A DNA stretch of 64,000 nucleotides from Eledone cirrhosa (Eukaryota). Both the position numbers and the translations under genes were made by a program. The stretch is taken from assembly GCA_964016885.1 (NCBI GenBank), contig OZ024761.1:5084001-5148000 (forward strand), read 5' to 3'. Of this stretch, positions 23,201 through 32,589 are shown piece by piece. Under the pieces are notes generated by a model, which saw nothing but the letters and a program-made list of their open reading frames with translations, searched no databases and was not told the DNA's origin. The first letter of the stretch is position 1. Each line of letters opens with the position of its first letter.

Positions 23201-26200
23201 AGAAAAAGGAGGCCTGGAAATGTCATTATGAGAGACTGATGAATGTGGAGAACGAATGGGAGAGAGAGAAATTACCCTCAGTAGATCCGACAGAGTCGGA
23301 CCCACATCTTTGGTTATCCAGACCACTGTGCTACCATTACACCAACACATCACCCATCTTCTTCCATTCAAATTAGAAGCTACATTCTTAGCAAGTAAAT
23401 GACGAGTAAGTATGTTTTGAAAACAGTGAGCGAGTTTGAAATTAGAAATATAAGCTTTCACCGTATTTTTTACGAAAGGAATTTTTAGCCTGATAGTGGG
23501 GTTTAGAACCCTCAGAGAAATGGAAAAAGATGAGTATTGACGTACATGGGAGTTTCCATTTCTCTGAGGGTTCTAAACCCCACTATCAGGCTAAAAATTC
23601 CTTTAGTCAAAAATACGGTGAAACTTATTTCTAATTTCAAACTCGCTCACTGTTTTCAAAACATACTTACTCATATATATATATATAACAAATTTAATAT
23701 AGAAATGGCTTCTATAGGACTAGAACTGTTTCATTTAAAGAAAATCATCAGGAAAGCTCTAATGATTTCCTTCAAATGAAACAGTTCCATTTCTGTAGAA
23801 GCCATTTGTACATTAAATTTGTTGTATACACTCTACTAATGTATTGAGTACCTTCCTTACTGTGGTTAGCCCGACTGAACCCAGGACTCACATATACATA
23901 TATATAGTGGTCGTGTAGGTGTCATAACAAAAAAGCACCCAGTCCACTCTGTAAAGTGGTTGTGTAGGAGACATGGCAAAAGGCTCCCAGTCCACATGGT
24001 AAATGTGGTTGGTGTTAGGAAGGGTATCCAGCTGTAGAAAACCTGCCAGATACAATCCTATACGAGCGAGACACGGTCACTCGATCAATCTTGCCACAAG
24101 TGGGACAATTCCCGTCTAACCCATGCTAGCATGGAAGATAGATGTTAAACGATGATGATGATGATGATGATATATATAAATGGGGTGAGAAATAATTAGC
24201 TTACTTGTCCACACAGAAAAGAGACGATGATGTAGACAGTGATTGACAAAAGTTCTGGATGGTCAAAACTAGAATGTTCCTCATTTTATGTCTGATCCAA
24301 CATGGCTGACCAAGAGCTAAACAACAGCAGTGAAAGAAGACCAGATATATGAATTATATAAACTTCTAACTTACCTTTCATTCAAAGATATTATCTTCTC
24401 AAAGTCTGAAGGCCCAATAGCAACACAGAGAGCACATTTCACTTTTGCCTGTATATAGATATAGTAAGAGAATTGAATTTAATCATCTTGATAACAAAAC
24501 ACTCCTGTTCTAATATAAATAATTTTTTTTCAAGTGTTTATACAGGGTGGGTGGAAAGAAACTCCCCATTTAAAATTGTTAATAACTTTATTAATTATTG
24601 GTCAATTTTCATAAAACATGTCTTATTTTCAACAGTAAAATGGTAAAAGCACAGTACAGTATTTAAAATTCTACATACGCACCACCATTGTCCACCAGTG
24701 TTTGTAACTGTCTAGGTATATCCTCGACTGACTTCACCAGAAACTCAGGTGGTAAGCTGGTCAAGGTAGTATGTTGGTCAAGGTGGTATGTTGGTCAAGG
24801 TAGTATGTTGGTCAAGGTGGTATGTTGGTCAAGGTAGTATGTTGGTCAAGGTGGTATGCTGGTCAAGGTGGTATGTTGGTCAAGGTGGTATGTTGGTCAA
24901 GGTGGTATGCTGGTCAAGGTGATATGTTGGTCAAGGTGGTATGTTGGTCAAGGTGGTATGTTGGTCAAGGTGGTATGTTGGTCAAGGTGGTATGTTGGTC
25001 AAGGTGGTATGTTGGTCAAGGTGGTATGCTGGTCAAGGTGATATGTTGGTCAAGGTGGTATGTTGGTCAAGGTGGTATGTTGGTCAAGGTGGTATGTTGG
25101 TCAAGGTGGTATGTTGGTCAAGGTGGTATGTTGGTCAAGGTGGTATGTTGGTCAAGGTGGTATGTTGGTCAAGGTAGTATGTTGGTCAAGGTGGTATGTT
25201 GGTCAAGGTGGTATGTTGGTCAGTACCTGATGAATGTGTCCTGCCAATTGAGTCAGAGTTTTTGGTTTTGAGCTATAAATTTCTTTCACCCAGGCCCACA
25301 GGAAAAGATCACATGGTATTTAGATAGCTTCTTGCTGGCCAATTACATGGACCTCAACGACCTAGCCAACCTCCTGGAAACTGGACATCATACTACTCAT
25401 GGACAGTACATGCAAAATGAGGAGTGGCTCCATCTTACATGAATCTGAGGTCAATGATGTTGTCCCAAGTAGTCAGAGTAGGCCAAAAGTTATAAGTAAT
25501 TTTCAAAAGGGAGTTTCTTTCCACCTACCCTGTATTTATCTAAATAAAAAAATACTATGTAAAATCTTTGTTAAATCATGCTTTAACCCTTTAGCATTTA
25601 AACTGGTCATATCCAGCCAGAATTGTCTTACCTCTTTCTGTTCAAACTGGTTATAACTGTCCCATCATACTGATGTTAAGGTATTGTTCTCAAAATAAAT
25701 AATATCAAAATCTTATAGATTCAATATTATGTGAGGTAAAGCCTTTATCATGAAAATACAATAGTATATATAGAGTAATGTAAATGTTATGTGAGATATT
25801 ATGTGAGGTAAAGCTCCCATCGAGGACCAGGTGGTGGTGTTAGACTCTAGTAAAGCTACCATCAAGGGCCAGGTGGTGGTGTTAGACTCTACTGAAGCTA
25901 CCATCAAGAGCCAGGTGGTGGTGTTAAACCAGGTGAAGTCACTATCAAGAGCTAAGTGGTGGTGTTAAACCAGGTGAAGTCACTATCAAGAGCTAGGTGG
26001 TGGTGTTAAACCAGGTGAAGTCACTATCAAGAGCTAGATGGTGGTGTTAAACCAGGTGAAGTCACTATCAAGAGCTAGGTGGTGGTGTTAAACCAGGTGA
26101 AGTCACTATCAAGAGCTAGGTGGTGGTGTTAAACCAGGTGAAGTCACTATCAAGAGCTAGGTGGTGGTGTTAAACCAGGTGAAGTCACTATCAAGAGCTA

Positions 26201-28966
26201 GGTGGTGATGTTAGACTAGGTGAAGCCATCATCGAGGACCAGGTTGTGGTTGTGTTAAACCAGGTAATCAATTATGTCTACCCCATGTAGATCACAGTAT
26301 GAGTAAGGTTTGGCAGAATGCATCATTAAAATGTAAAAGTATGAGATAGTTTCTCAACCAACCTTTATTGCTCTTTCTATAACAGCTTCAATGTCCTGCA
26401 ACAATAAAAGTAATACATTATATTAATAGATTTAGTGTGTGAAGGACTTTATAGATAGTACATTAGACATTCATTTAAGGCAACAGATTAAAAATACCTC
26501 AGTATTTGTTCCTAGCTCACTGCACCCACAGTTCAAACTCTGCCAGCATCAACTTTGTCTTTCATCCTTTTTGAGGTTGATAAATAAAGTAACAGTCTGG
26601 TACTGGGGTAATTCTTCCTCTCCCAGTTTCTTTCTTTGGAAGAAATTGGCAGTGTTATGACCTAGAGATGGGCTTTCACCAGGCTTAAAATAAAGTACCA
26701 GTACGTGGAGTACGTCTTTCTCTCCCAGTTTCTTTCTTTGGAAGAAATTGGCAGTGTTATGACCTAGAGAGAGATGGGCTTCACCAGCCTTAAAATGCCA
26801 AAGACACACAATGCGCCAGGATGACTCCTTACAACACCATCAACAGTTGAGAAGAATTCACCTTTTTACACTAGATATTAATCGTTTGATATCAACTTAC
26901 CTATAACCATCCTTGGTTCTAGAATACAACACCTCTTGTACATTTACATTAAAATATCTGGGTATATATTCAGGTGTGTAAGTAAACACACTATATGTAG
27001 ATAGGTGTTTATACACTTCTTTTCTTCACCCAATTATTCCTGAGAGGTGTGTGGGGGCAGAGTCCTCAAACACTCCTTCCAGCAGGTCCTGTCAGAAGCA
27101 ACCTTCTCCAACTGATCCTGCTGGACCTCCAAGGAAGATCAGCCAAGTTCATAGATGTTATCCAACCATCTTGCTCGAAGTCCACCCCCGGGTCTCCTAT
27201 TAGTTGGTTTTATCCGTAAAATCTATCTAGCAATTCTTTCCTGAGACATTCTAACCACATGTCCATAGTATCGGAGCTGTGATTTCTCAATTCGGAGAAG
27301 TAGCAGCTCTACCTGGAATGACTCTCTCATCTCCGAGTTACAAATCTGTCCAGTGATTCTTTCCTGAATCATTTAGAAGATTTTTTGCTGGACAAGCAAT
27401 CGCTGGTTATTACTGGAATTCTATAAGAATCCAGCTTCTATAATTTTCGGCAAAGGCAGGTGAGTGCATAGCTTTGATAAATTCCAAGCACCGAGAAACA
27501 GCTGTCAGCCATTCTCCCAGCCTTTGCCGAAAATATATAAGGCAGTGTGCAAAGCTCTGAAGTCTTAGATTTTTAGCTCTAATTCTCTCAAAGAGCTATC
27601 ATAGAGCCAGATGATCGTTATATATTATATCTCAATCTCTTTATATATATATATATACATCAGACCTGCCAACCTCTAAAAACCCAAATGGGGAGTACCA
27701 TGAAAAAAAGTGCTCCAAAACGGGGTGAAATGAGGCAAAATGGAGAGATTTTACATAATGAAAGCTATACCCATTTTCACAAGAGAAGACATCTCTCCCC
27801 GTCGGATAGGAAGAGTTGACAGGTCTGATATATATATATAAAACAAGTATATTACAGAGTCAAAATACTTTATAAATAACAATCAAAGAGTTTTTAGAAC
27901 ATTTAATGTTCTAAACACACTGCGTCCAGAATATGTTTTTACCCCGTTAGTAAAATAAGTTGGATTACTTTGAATAAATAATTGTTTCTACGTTTGGCAC
28001 AAGGTCAGCAATTATCCAGTGCATTACTGGTACTTATTTTATCGACCCCGTAAGGATGAAAGGCAAAGTTAACCTCGGCAGGATTTGAACTCAGAATGGC
28101 AAGGGCCGTAACTCTATACGTCAAAACATGGCGTCCAACCTTCTACCGATACTGCCAAACCACCGCCTTTCATCTTTGAATAAATAATGAATGAATATTA
28201 CATAATTAATGTGCTAAATTTCGTGGCTGTTGATTAAGTATATTTTATAGTTTATTTAAAGATTCACTTCTTTAACATTTTCAAATGTCAACACTTCCGG
28301 TTAGCGGCCATTATATTATAACACTTATAAAAATATCGCATATATATATCCGTCGCTAATTTTCTCCTAATGCAGTTTATATATAATATCTTTTTTTAAA
28401 TGTATCATGGATTACATTACTGATTACATAAGACAGTGTAACACAGTCTTTGTTCAATTTCTATGTATTATATATTGTCAATTACGATTTTATTTGATGT
28501 ATCATATCTACATGCATATATATTTGTGTATAATATCAATATACACACTACACATGCCAGTAGAAAACCACCCGAAGGGTGGTTTTTCTACTAGTAATAA
28601 TGTAATTGTTTCTACTTTTGGCACAAGGCTAGTAATTACCCAGTACATTACTGGTACTTTATTTTATCGACCTCGTAAGGATGAAAGGCAAAGTTAACCT
28701 TGGCGGGATTTGAACTCAGAATGGCAAGGGCCGTAACTCTATGCATCAAAACATGACGTCCGACCCTCTACCGATACTGCCAATCCACCGCCCTAGTAAT
28801 AATGTAATGAAGGGTTAACAAATCGTTGCTGGCCTTGTGCCAAAAGTAGAAACAATTATTATATTACACTCTGTCTAGCACTACACCTTGCCAATGACAT
28901 GAACCTAAACACCGAGTGCTCAGCTGGGTGAACCTACAGTAATTTCATGTTACACTCCCTGGATAT

Positions 28967-28998
<32 letters not shown>

Positions 28999-31900
28999 TT
29001 TACGTCCGCTTTTCCCTGCTTGCAAGGGTGGGACGGGTCTTATTCAGCACAGCATCTCTCCACTCGCCACAGTCCCTCGTCATCTCCACCGTGAGCTTCA
29101 ATGATCTGAGGTCTGTTCTCACCACCTCCGCCCATGTTTTTCGTGGTCTACCTCTACCACGTCTTCCTTCAACTGGCAATTCCTGGCACTTCTTCACCCA
29201 TCGGTCATCCTCCATGCGCATCACATGTCCATACCACCTCAGTCTCCTCTCCCGTACACTACATTCTATCCCTCTCAGACAGTTTCTCTCTCAACACATT
29301 TATGCTGGGTCGTTCACGCACATTTACACTGCACATCCAACAGAGCATGCTTGTCTCATTTCTCTCCAGCCGTCGCATAACCTCTGCAGTTGCTGCCCAT
29401 GTCTCACTACCATGCAGCATTGCGCTCCTCACACAGGCATCATACAACCGGCCTTTCGTACGCAGGGAGAAACCCTTCTTCGTCAACAGAGGAAGCAGCT
29501 CCCTAAACTTCTTCCAACCCGTCCTTATTCTAGATACTATGGCCTCGGAACACCCTCCTCCCATGCTAATCTGATCTCCTAGGTACCGGAAGCTATCCAC
29601 CACTTCTAAAGCGCCCTGTTGCATTTGAAAAATGTGTCTATCAGTGCGACTTCTACTGTCTAATTTCCCTGTACATCTACTGCATACATATTTCTCCCTA
29701 CCTGTTAGTTTGCCTGCTATCCCGCTACATCTCTTGTGTACCCAGGATCTGCATTGTGTGCATTTTATAGAATTTATGCCAGTTTCTTTTCTGCATATCG
29801 AACATGGCCATTTCCCTGACGGAATCAGCATTTTGTCCTTTTTTCTACTCATCAACACTTTTGTCTTAGCTAGATTCACTCTCAGTCCTCTTGCTTCCAA
29901 CTGCTGTTTCCATAGCCAGAATTTATTCTCTAGCTCCTCTACTGATTCTGCTATAAGAACCAGATCGTCAGCATAGAGAAGTTCCCATGGACAGCCAGTC
30001 TTAAACTCCTGTTATGGCTTGGAGGACTATAATGAACAAGAGCGGGCTAGGACCGAACCCTGATGTACTCCTACCTGTATCTGGAATTCCTCATAAACTC
30101 CATTCCTACCCTGACTTTACTGAGAGTACCTCTGTACAAAGTTTGCACTGTCCTCACAAGCCATTCCTCAACACCTAGCCTCCTTAGGGACCACCAGATG
30201 ACAGATCGGGGTACCCTATCAAAGGCCTTCTCTAGGTCAACAAAGGCTAAGTATAGTGGCTTATTCTTCTCTAAGAACCTCTCTTGCAATTGTCTCACCA
30301 AGAAGAGGGCATCTGCTGTACTCTTCCCAGGCACAAAACCAAACTGCATCTCATCTAGTTTGACCCTTTCTCTAATTAGTTGTGCTAAAATCCTTTCTGC
30401 CACTTTCATAACCTGATCCATCAGTTTTATACCCCTATAATTGCTCCTCTCCAAAGCATCCCCTTTACCTTTGTAGCAATTTATGAGAATACTGCTGCAC
30501 CAGTCTTTGGGTATGACACCACCATATATAGCCTGATTGATGATGCGTGCAACCAGTTTAGTGCCTACGTCCCCTGATGCCTTCAGAATCTCAGCAACTA
30601 TATCTTTATGTTACTGTTGGTTCACCAACTTGAGCACTTGATGCGTAAGTGGATCCACTGAAGTCTGGTGTTAAACTATGGTTGGTTTCCCTCATATGCA
30701 GAGTGTAATATTAAATAAGTAGGAACGAGGTGTCACATTAGTTTATTCAGGTGTGACGCACGTTTCACTATTGATCAGCTCAAGGTTCAATCTGTATTGA
30801 TCTGGCCCGACACTTGATTCGTTAATGATGGGAGATATCCACTGTACGTGGATATCTCCTATCATTAACGAACAAAGAGTCTGATTAACTTTTGATTATA
30901 GAGTCGAGCCAGATCGAGCCTTGAGCTGATAAATAGCGAAACGTGCGTCACACCTGAATAAACTAATGATGACACTGTCACTCCTCGTTCCTACTTATTA
31001 TATAAATATATAGGGGCGGTGGATTAGCAGTATCGGTAGAGGGTCGGACGCCATGCTTTGACGCATAGAGTTACGGCCCTTGCCATTCTGAGTTCAAATC
31101 CTGCCGAAGTTAACTTTGCCTTTCATCCTTACGGGGTCGATAAAATAAAGTACCAGTAATGTACTGGGTAATTACTGGCCTTGTGCCAAAAGTAGAAACA
31201 ATTATATAAATATATATACATATACAGTTGTCGCCAGGTATTCGCGGGTTTTACGTTCTTAGAGAACCCGCGAAGATTGAAAAACTGCGAATATTGGACG
31301 TGGTCCCTAAAAATGTCTATAAATGTCAAAATATAATTTAAAAAGGGGCGTCCAATAGGCCAGCAAATACGGTATATTGTTATTAATAATCTAGCGTTAA
31401 ATATATATATATATATCGCCACGAAAAAATACATAAAAACAATCGCGGAAGATATTTACGATTCCGCGAATATACGGTGGTTTCCACGAACAATTATTAG
31501 TTAGGTTTTGAGGAAAATTCTGCGAATAACCGGGACCGCGAATACCAGGGTACACTGTGTATATAAAGGTGTTTGTATATGTAAACATAGTATGCACGTC
31601 TGCTGTTAATTCTCTGGGTATGTCGACACACACTATGTATACATTGAAATAAGAGGAGACATTGAATAAAGTAGTCCGGGCTACACCGTGTTTAGAAAAG
31701 AAACTGGATGGTCACGATTAGATTGCCTTTAATACATAAAAAATAAAACTATGAGGGAACCGGTGTAGACTGAAATAATAGCATCGTAAAATTACGACCA
31801 CAAAGAACAGTTTATAACATATAGTAATGACGAAATGTTTTTATCATAAGCTATACATTAGACTCCTGATATTTATCTGTATTTTAGATATACAGAAAAG

Positions 31901-32291
31901 TGGAGAAAGTAAACACGAGTCTATTTATCAACATTTTCAATATGTGAAGAAGAGAATACTTTATAGCAGACAATTTTATAGATTTTAGTACAAGAAAACA
32001 AAACTGTTTATTAAATAGCCCTCAGTATATTACTGGGACTAATTTTCGATAGACGGTGGTCGAATGTAAACAAAACTATGGGAATTCAGATTCGCGAGGT
32101 TATCGTATAAAAATAAGTTAACGACACATAGATGAGGACAATCTTTTGCCATCTCGATTTATGAAACTGTAAATGGATATATAGATTACTTGCTTAAATT
32201 GTTATAAATGACACGATGTTCTTACATTAGTGAACTGTGGGTCTGCCAGGTGACAATGTGCATCAATCGAGAATACAATGTCGTCAGCCAT
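232..32291 (-). CDS. TATDN3: TatD-family deoxyribonuclease (TATDN3-like), spliced gene; 10 coding exons in window, 3' end beyond left edge
   Basis: Exons 32291-32226, 26395-26363, 24448-24375, 19546-19501, 16047-16012, 14007-13945, 12106-12029, 8455-8424, 4617-4562 and 344-232 all have GT-AG boundaries and compatible phases (597 nt). They translate to [199 protein letters not shown]. TatD motifs DxHCH, GVHP, AIGEVGLD, VHSR and LLHAF are present and match recalled human TATDN3. Confidence 0.95.
391..724 (-). mobile_element. tRNA-derived CORE-type SINE with RTE-like 3' tail (family A)
   Basis: Head GGAGGCACATGGTTTAGTGG..GAGTTCAATTC (A/B boxes); CORE-like CCTTGAGCAAGACACTT; tail ...GGACGTAAAATG(ATG)n shared with the RTE 3' end. 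Confidence 0.85.
1631..2042. repeat. Near-perfect 412-bp palindrome (203-bp arms, 6-nt spacer), Penelope-like fold-back element
   Basis: Arms 1631-1833 and 1840-2042 are reverse complements with ~2 visible mismatches; abuts (TA)n; carries a hammerhead motif. Confidence 0.9.
1882..1920 (+). ncRNA. Minimal type-I hammerhead ribozyme motif (mirror copy on - strand at 1753-1791)
   Basis: TGAAC-CTGAAGA-T-TGC-GAAA-GCA-T-GAAA-GTAC-TT-GTTCA: stem I TGAAC/GTTCA, intact CUGANGA/GAAA core, palindromic stem III region AAGTACTT. Confidence 0.65.
3400..3543. repeat. Inverted repeat with internal duplication
   Basis: taggtaggaagaaggttgctgggccc... pairs with ...gggcccagcaatcttcttcctaccta; acttagcaaaaaactttcgcc occurs twice in the right half. 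Confidence 0.85.
3866..4450 (-). mobile_element. 5'-truncated RTE family B 3' end (related copies ~2420-2720, 5405-6490, 9745-10990, 23905-24170, 36660-37245, 39325-40585, 44330-45900, 47268-47605, 58035-58148)
   Basis: Collinear with 59815-60350, including the [18 protein letters not shown] end and the 3'UTR. Confidence 0.85.
4562..4617 (-). CDS. TATDN3: TATDN3 exon 9 ([18 protein letters not shown])
   Basis: ccctag acceptor, GTATGT donor, phase 2/1; [10 protein letters not shown] matches recalled human sequence. Confidence 0.95.
5560..6205. repeat. ~48-bp array (alternating variants) inside an RTE 3'UTR
   Basis: ttacagtgtggactgggtgctttttgttgtgacacctac... unit. Confidence 0.9.
6664..7026 (-). 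mobile_element. SINE family A copy (16-nt head duplicated)
   Basis: Near-identical to 391-724. Confidence 0.85.
7170..7950 (+). mobile_element. Degenerate RTE-like 3' ORF fragment containing an 89-bp x ~5 tandem array (7495-7935)
   Basis: [13 protein letters not shown] and [12 protein letters not shown] motifs; array period 89 (7501, 7590, 7679, 7768, 7857). Confidence 0.7.
7954..8325. repeat. Diverged ~55-bp tandem array
   Basis: gatggtgacag...gaatctgt...cctacagtagaactg repeated. Confidence 0.85.
8424..8455 (-). CDS. TATDN3: TATDN3 exon 8 ([11 protein letters not shown])
   Basis: ttttcag acceptor, GTAAGT donor, phase 0/2. Confidence 0.92.
8560..9136. repeat. 46-49-bp array related to the RTE-UTR unit
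   Basis: gactgggtacttttgttgtggtaccagc... repeated. Confidence 0.9.
9361..9659. repeat. Imperfect inverted repeat (~135-bp arms)
   Basis: taaaatacaatatgttgaaaaggtaacacac... versus ...gtgtgttaccttttcaacatattgtatttta. Confidence 0.88.
9857..10646. repeat. 112-bp tandem array (~7 units) inside an RTE 3'UTR
   Basis: Identical ORF starts at 9996, 10108, 10220 and 10332. Confidence 0.95.
11297..11343 (-). ncRNA. Type-I hammerhead ribozyme motif
   Basis: Minus strand reads ATTC-CTGATGA-T-TTC-TAAA-GAA-T-GAA-ACAG-TTCTAGTC-CTGT-A-GAAT: stems I, II and III plus a GUA cleavage triplet. Confidence 0.65.
11472..12040 (-). repeat. 31/33-bp minisatellite, 18 units, overlapping TATDN3 exon 7 donor
   Basis: Sense unit GTAAATAAGACCTCTACCTCCCTTGCCACAG. 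Confidence 0.95.
12029..12106 (-). CDS. TATDN3: TATDN3 exon 7 ([26 protein letters not shown])
   Basis: ttgtag acceptor, GTAAAT donor; VGLDF motif. Confidence 0.94.
12136..12968. repeat. 16-bp minisatellite (ggtagtgaacatctgt), ~50 units
   Basis: Direct inspection; degenerates toward the adjacent LINE. Confidence 0.95.
12969..13730 (+). mobile_element. Degenerate RTE-type RT 3' fragment (related piece on - strand ~27010-27355)
   Basis: [37 protein letters not shown]. Confidence 0.85.
13945..14007 (-). CDS. TATDN3: TATDN3 exon 6 ([21 protein letters not shown])
   Basis: ttgtag acceptor, GTGAGA donor; AIGE motif. Confidence 0.94.
15455..15935. repeat. ~69-bp tandem array
   Basis: gagtttattttagggaccttggttcaggatatttg... 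repeated. Confidence 0.85.
16012..16047 (-). CDS. TATDN3: TATDN3 exon 5 ([12 protein letters not shown])
   Basis: ttccag acceptor, GTAAAA donor, phase 0/0; corresponds to recalled human EDQRSVTLK. Confidence 0.82.
16213..16597. repeat. (CTA)n trinucleotide microsatellite (others: (CAA/CAC)n 21015-21470, (ACT/ACC)n 49940-50232, (TA/CA)n 4670-5285)
   Basis: Direct inspection. Confidence 0.95.
17385..17695 (-). mobile_element. RTE family A 3' end
   Basis: Nearly identical to 28980-29278. Confidence 0.9.
18226..18555 (-). mobile_element. SINE family A copy
   Basis: Sequence similarity to 391-724. Confidence 0.85.
18802..19261 (+). mobile_element. piggyBac-like MITE with internal 72-bp tandem repeat (~5 units)
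   Basis: TTAA-CCCTTTAGCATTTA ... TAAATGCTAAAGGG-TTAA terminal inverted repeats with TTAA target duplication. Confidence 0.85.
19501..19546 (-). CDS. TATDN3: TATDN3 exon 4 ([15 protein letters not shown])
   Basis: ctcttctcag acceptor, GTAAGA donor; GVHP motif. Confidence 0.94.
20203..20557. repeat. 55-bp tandem array (~6.5 units)
   Basis: actgggaaattataac recurs at 20203, 20258, 20313 and onward. Confidence 0.95.
21800..23295 (+). mobile_element. RTE LINE (family A) 5' half: AP endonuclease, degenerate
   Basis: ORF 21921 with [29 protein letters not shown]; in-frame stop at 22616. Confidence 0.9.
23404..23672. repeat. Imperfect inverted repeat (~120-bp arms)
   Basis: gagtaagtatgttttgaaaacagtgagcgag... 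versus ...ctcgctcactgttttcaaaacatacttactc. Confidence 0.88.
23686..23895. repeat. Fold-back element with two degenerate hammerhead motifs; same family as 11213-11375
   Basis: Arms ~23686-23752 and ~23759-23825; tail 23826-23890 matches the reverse complement of ~11218-11275. Confidence 0.75.
24375..24448 (-). CDS. TATDN3: TATDN3 exon 3 ([24 protein letters not shown])
   Basis: cag acceptor, GTAAGT donor, phase 0/2. Confidence 0.92.
24543..25532 (-). mobile_element. Tc1/mariner-type transposon remnant with internal 17-bp minisatellite (~24755-25221)
   Basis: TA-CAGGGTGGGTGGAAAGAAACTCCC ... GGGAGTTTCTTTCCACCTACCCTG-TA; decayed DGATPH and PCDLFLW transposase motifs on the minus strand; partial copy near 41148. 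Confidence 0.8.
25815..26265. repeat. 41-bp tandem array
   Basis: ggtggtggtgttaaaccaggtgaagtcactatcaagagcta. Confidence 0.9.
26363..26395 (-). CDS. TATDN3: TATDN3 exon 2 ([11 protein letters not shown])
   Basis: ttgcag acceptor, GTTGGT donor, phase 0/0; aligns with recalled human DLDDVLEKAKK. Confidence 0.88.
27661..27827. mobile_element. hAT-like MITE
   Basis: CAGACCTGCCAAC ... GTTGACAGGTCTG inverted termini; 8-bp flanks ATATACAT/ATATATAT. Confidence 0.6.
28966..30602 (-). mobile_element. RTE LINE (family A) 3' half: RT domain, 5'-truncated
   Basis: [29 protein letters not shown]; (ATG)n tail. Confidence 0.92.
30714..30999. repeat. Imperfect inverted repeat with hammerhead-like remnants
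   Basis: aataagtaggaacgagg...cctcgttcctacttatt, centre gatatccac-tgtac-gtggatatc; CTGATNA..GAAACGTGCGTC in each arm. Confidence 0.8.
31012..31205 (+). mobile_element. tRNA-like SINE family B (other copies ~2720-2880, 14590-14995, 15068-15262, 27975-28168, 28600-28862, 33283-33465, 55950-56090)
   Basis: Head TGGATTAGCAGTATCGGTAGAG with B box GAGTTCAAATCC; central GCCTTTCATCCTTACGGGGTCGATAAAATAAAGTACCAG domain; tail GTAGAAACAATTATTA. Confidence 0.8.
31225..31557 (+). mobile_element. pogo/Tigger-like MITE (copies 56294-56652 and partial 1-114)
   Basis: CAGTTGTC...GTACACTG termini, TA flanks, three homologous copies. Confidence 0.75.
32226..32291 (-). CDS. TATDN3: TATDN3 exon 1 ([22 protein letters not shown])
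   Basis: ATG in AACATGG context, HCH metal-binding motif, GTAAG donor. Confidence 0.93.
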
Positions 32292-32314
32292 GTTGGTGAG
32301 AGTTCAGTGGTGAA

Positions 32315-32323
32315 CCACGTGAC
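32315..32323 (-). promoter_or_regulatory. E-box (GTCACGTGG) just upstream of TATDN3 ATG
   Basis: CACGTG with a USF/TFE-type GT flank, ~25 nt from the start codon. Confidence 0.3.
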
Positions 32324-32354
32324 GGCTCTCATCAGCAGACGATATATTTGTTGT

Positions 32355-32535
32355 TTCCATCTGTCCCTTAGTCTGGTGGAACGCTGGGGTGCCACAGATG
32401 ACCTGGCAACCAGCTCCTTCCATTCCTCTCGCCTCTCCGTCTTCCTCATGGTTGCACCCAGCCTTATACCTGTCCATTCCTGGATGTTGTCCTCCCATCT
32501 CTGTTTGCCTCTCTTCCTCCCTCCTTGTACTGTTC
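32355..32535 (-). mobile_element. RTE-type LINE 3' tail immediately upstream of TATDN3 start
   Basis: Remnant RREEWKELVARSSVAPQRSTRLRDR, typical of RTE ORF C-termini. Confidence 0.65.
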
Positions 32536-32589
32536 ACATACTTGTATTATTTCACGTAATAAACAATAAAGGAAGACCAACAAACACCG

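Noticed and set aside
23490-23590. Hammerhead-like CTGATAG..stem..GAAA in the 23404 palindrome
   Set aside because: The core is CUGAUAG, the cleavage position would be G, and stem I does not pair
28290-28312. ETS-like ACTTCCGG plus GCGGCCATT motif in TATDN3 intron 1
   Set aside because: Short motifs with no supporting exon or ORF; cannot be distinguished from chance
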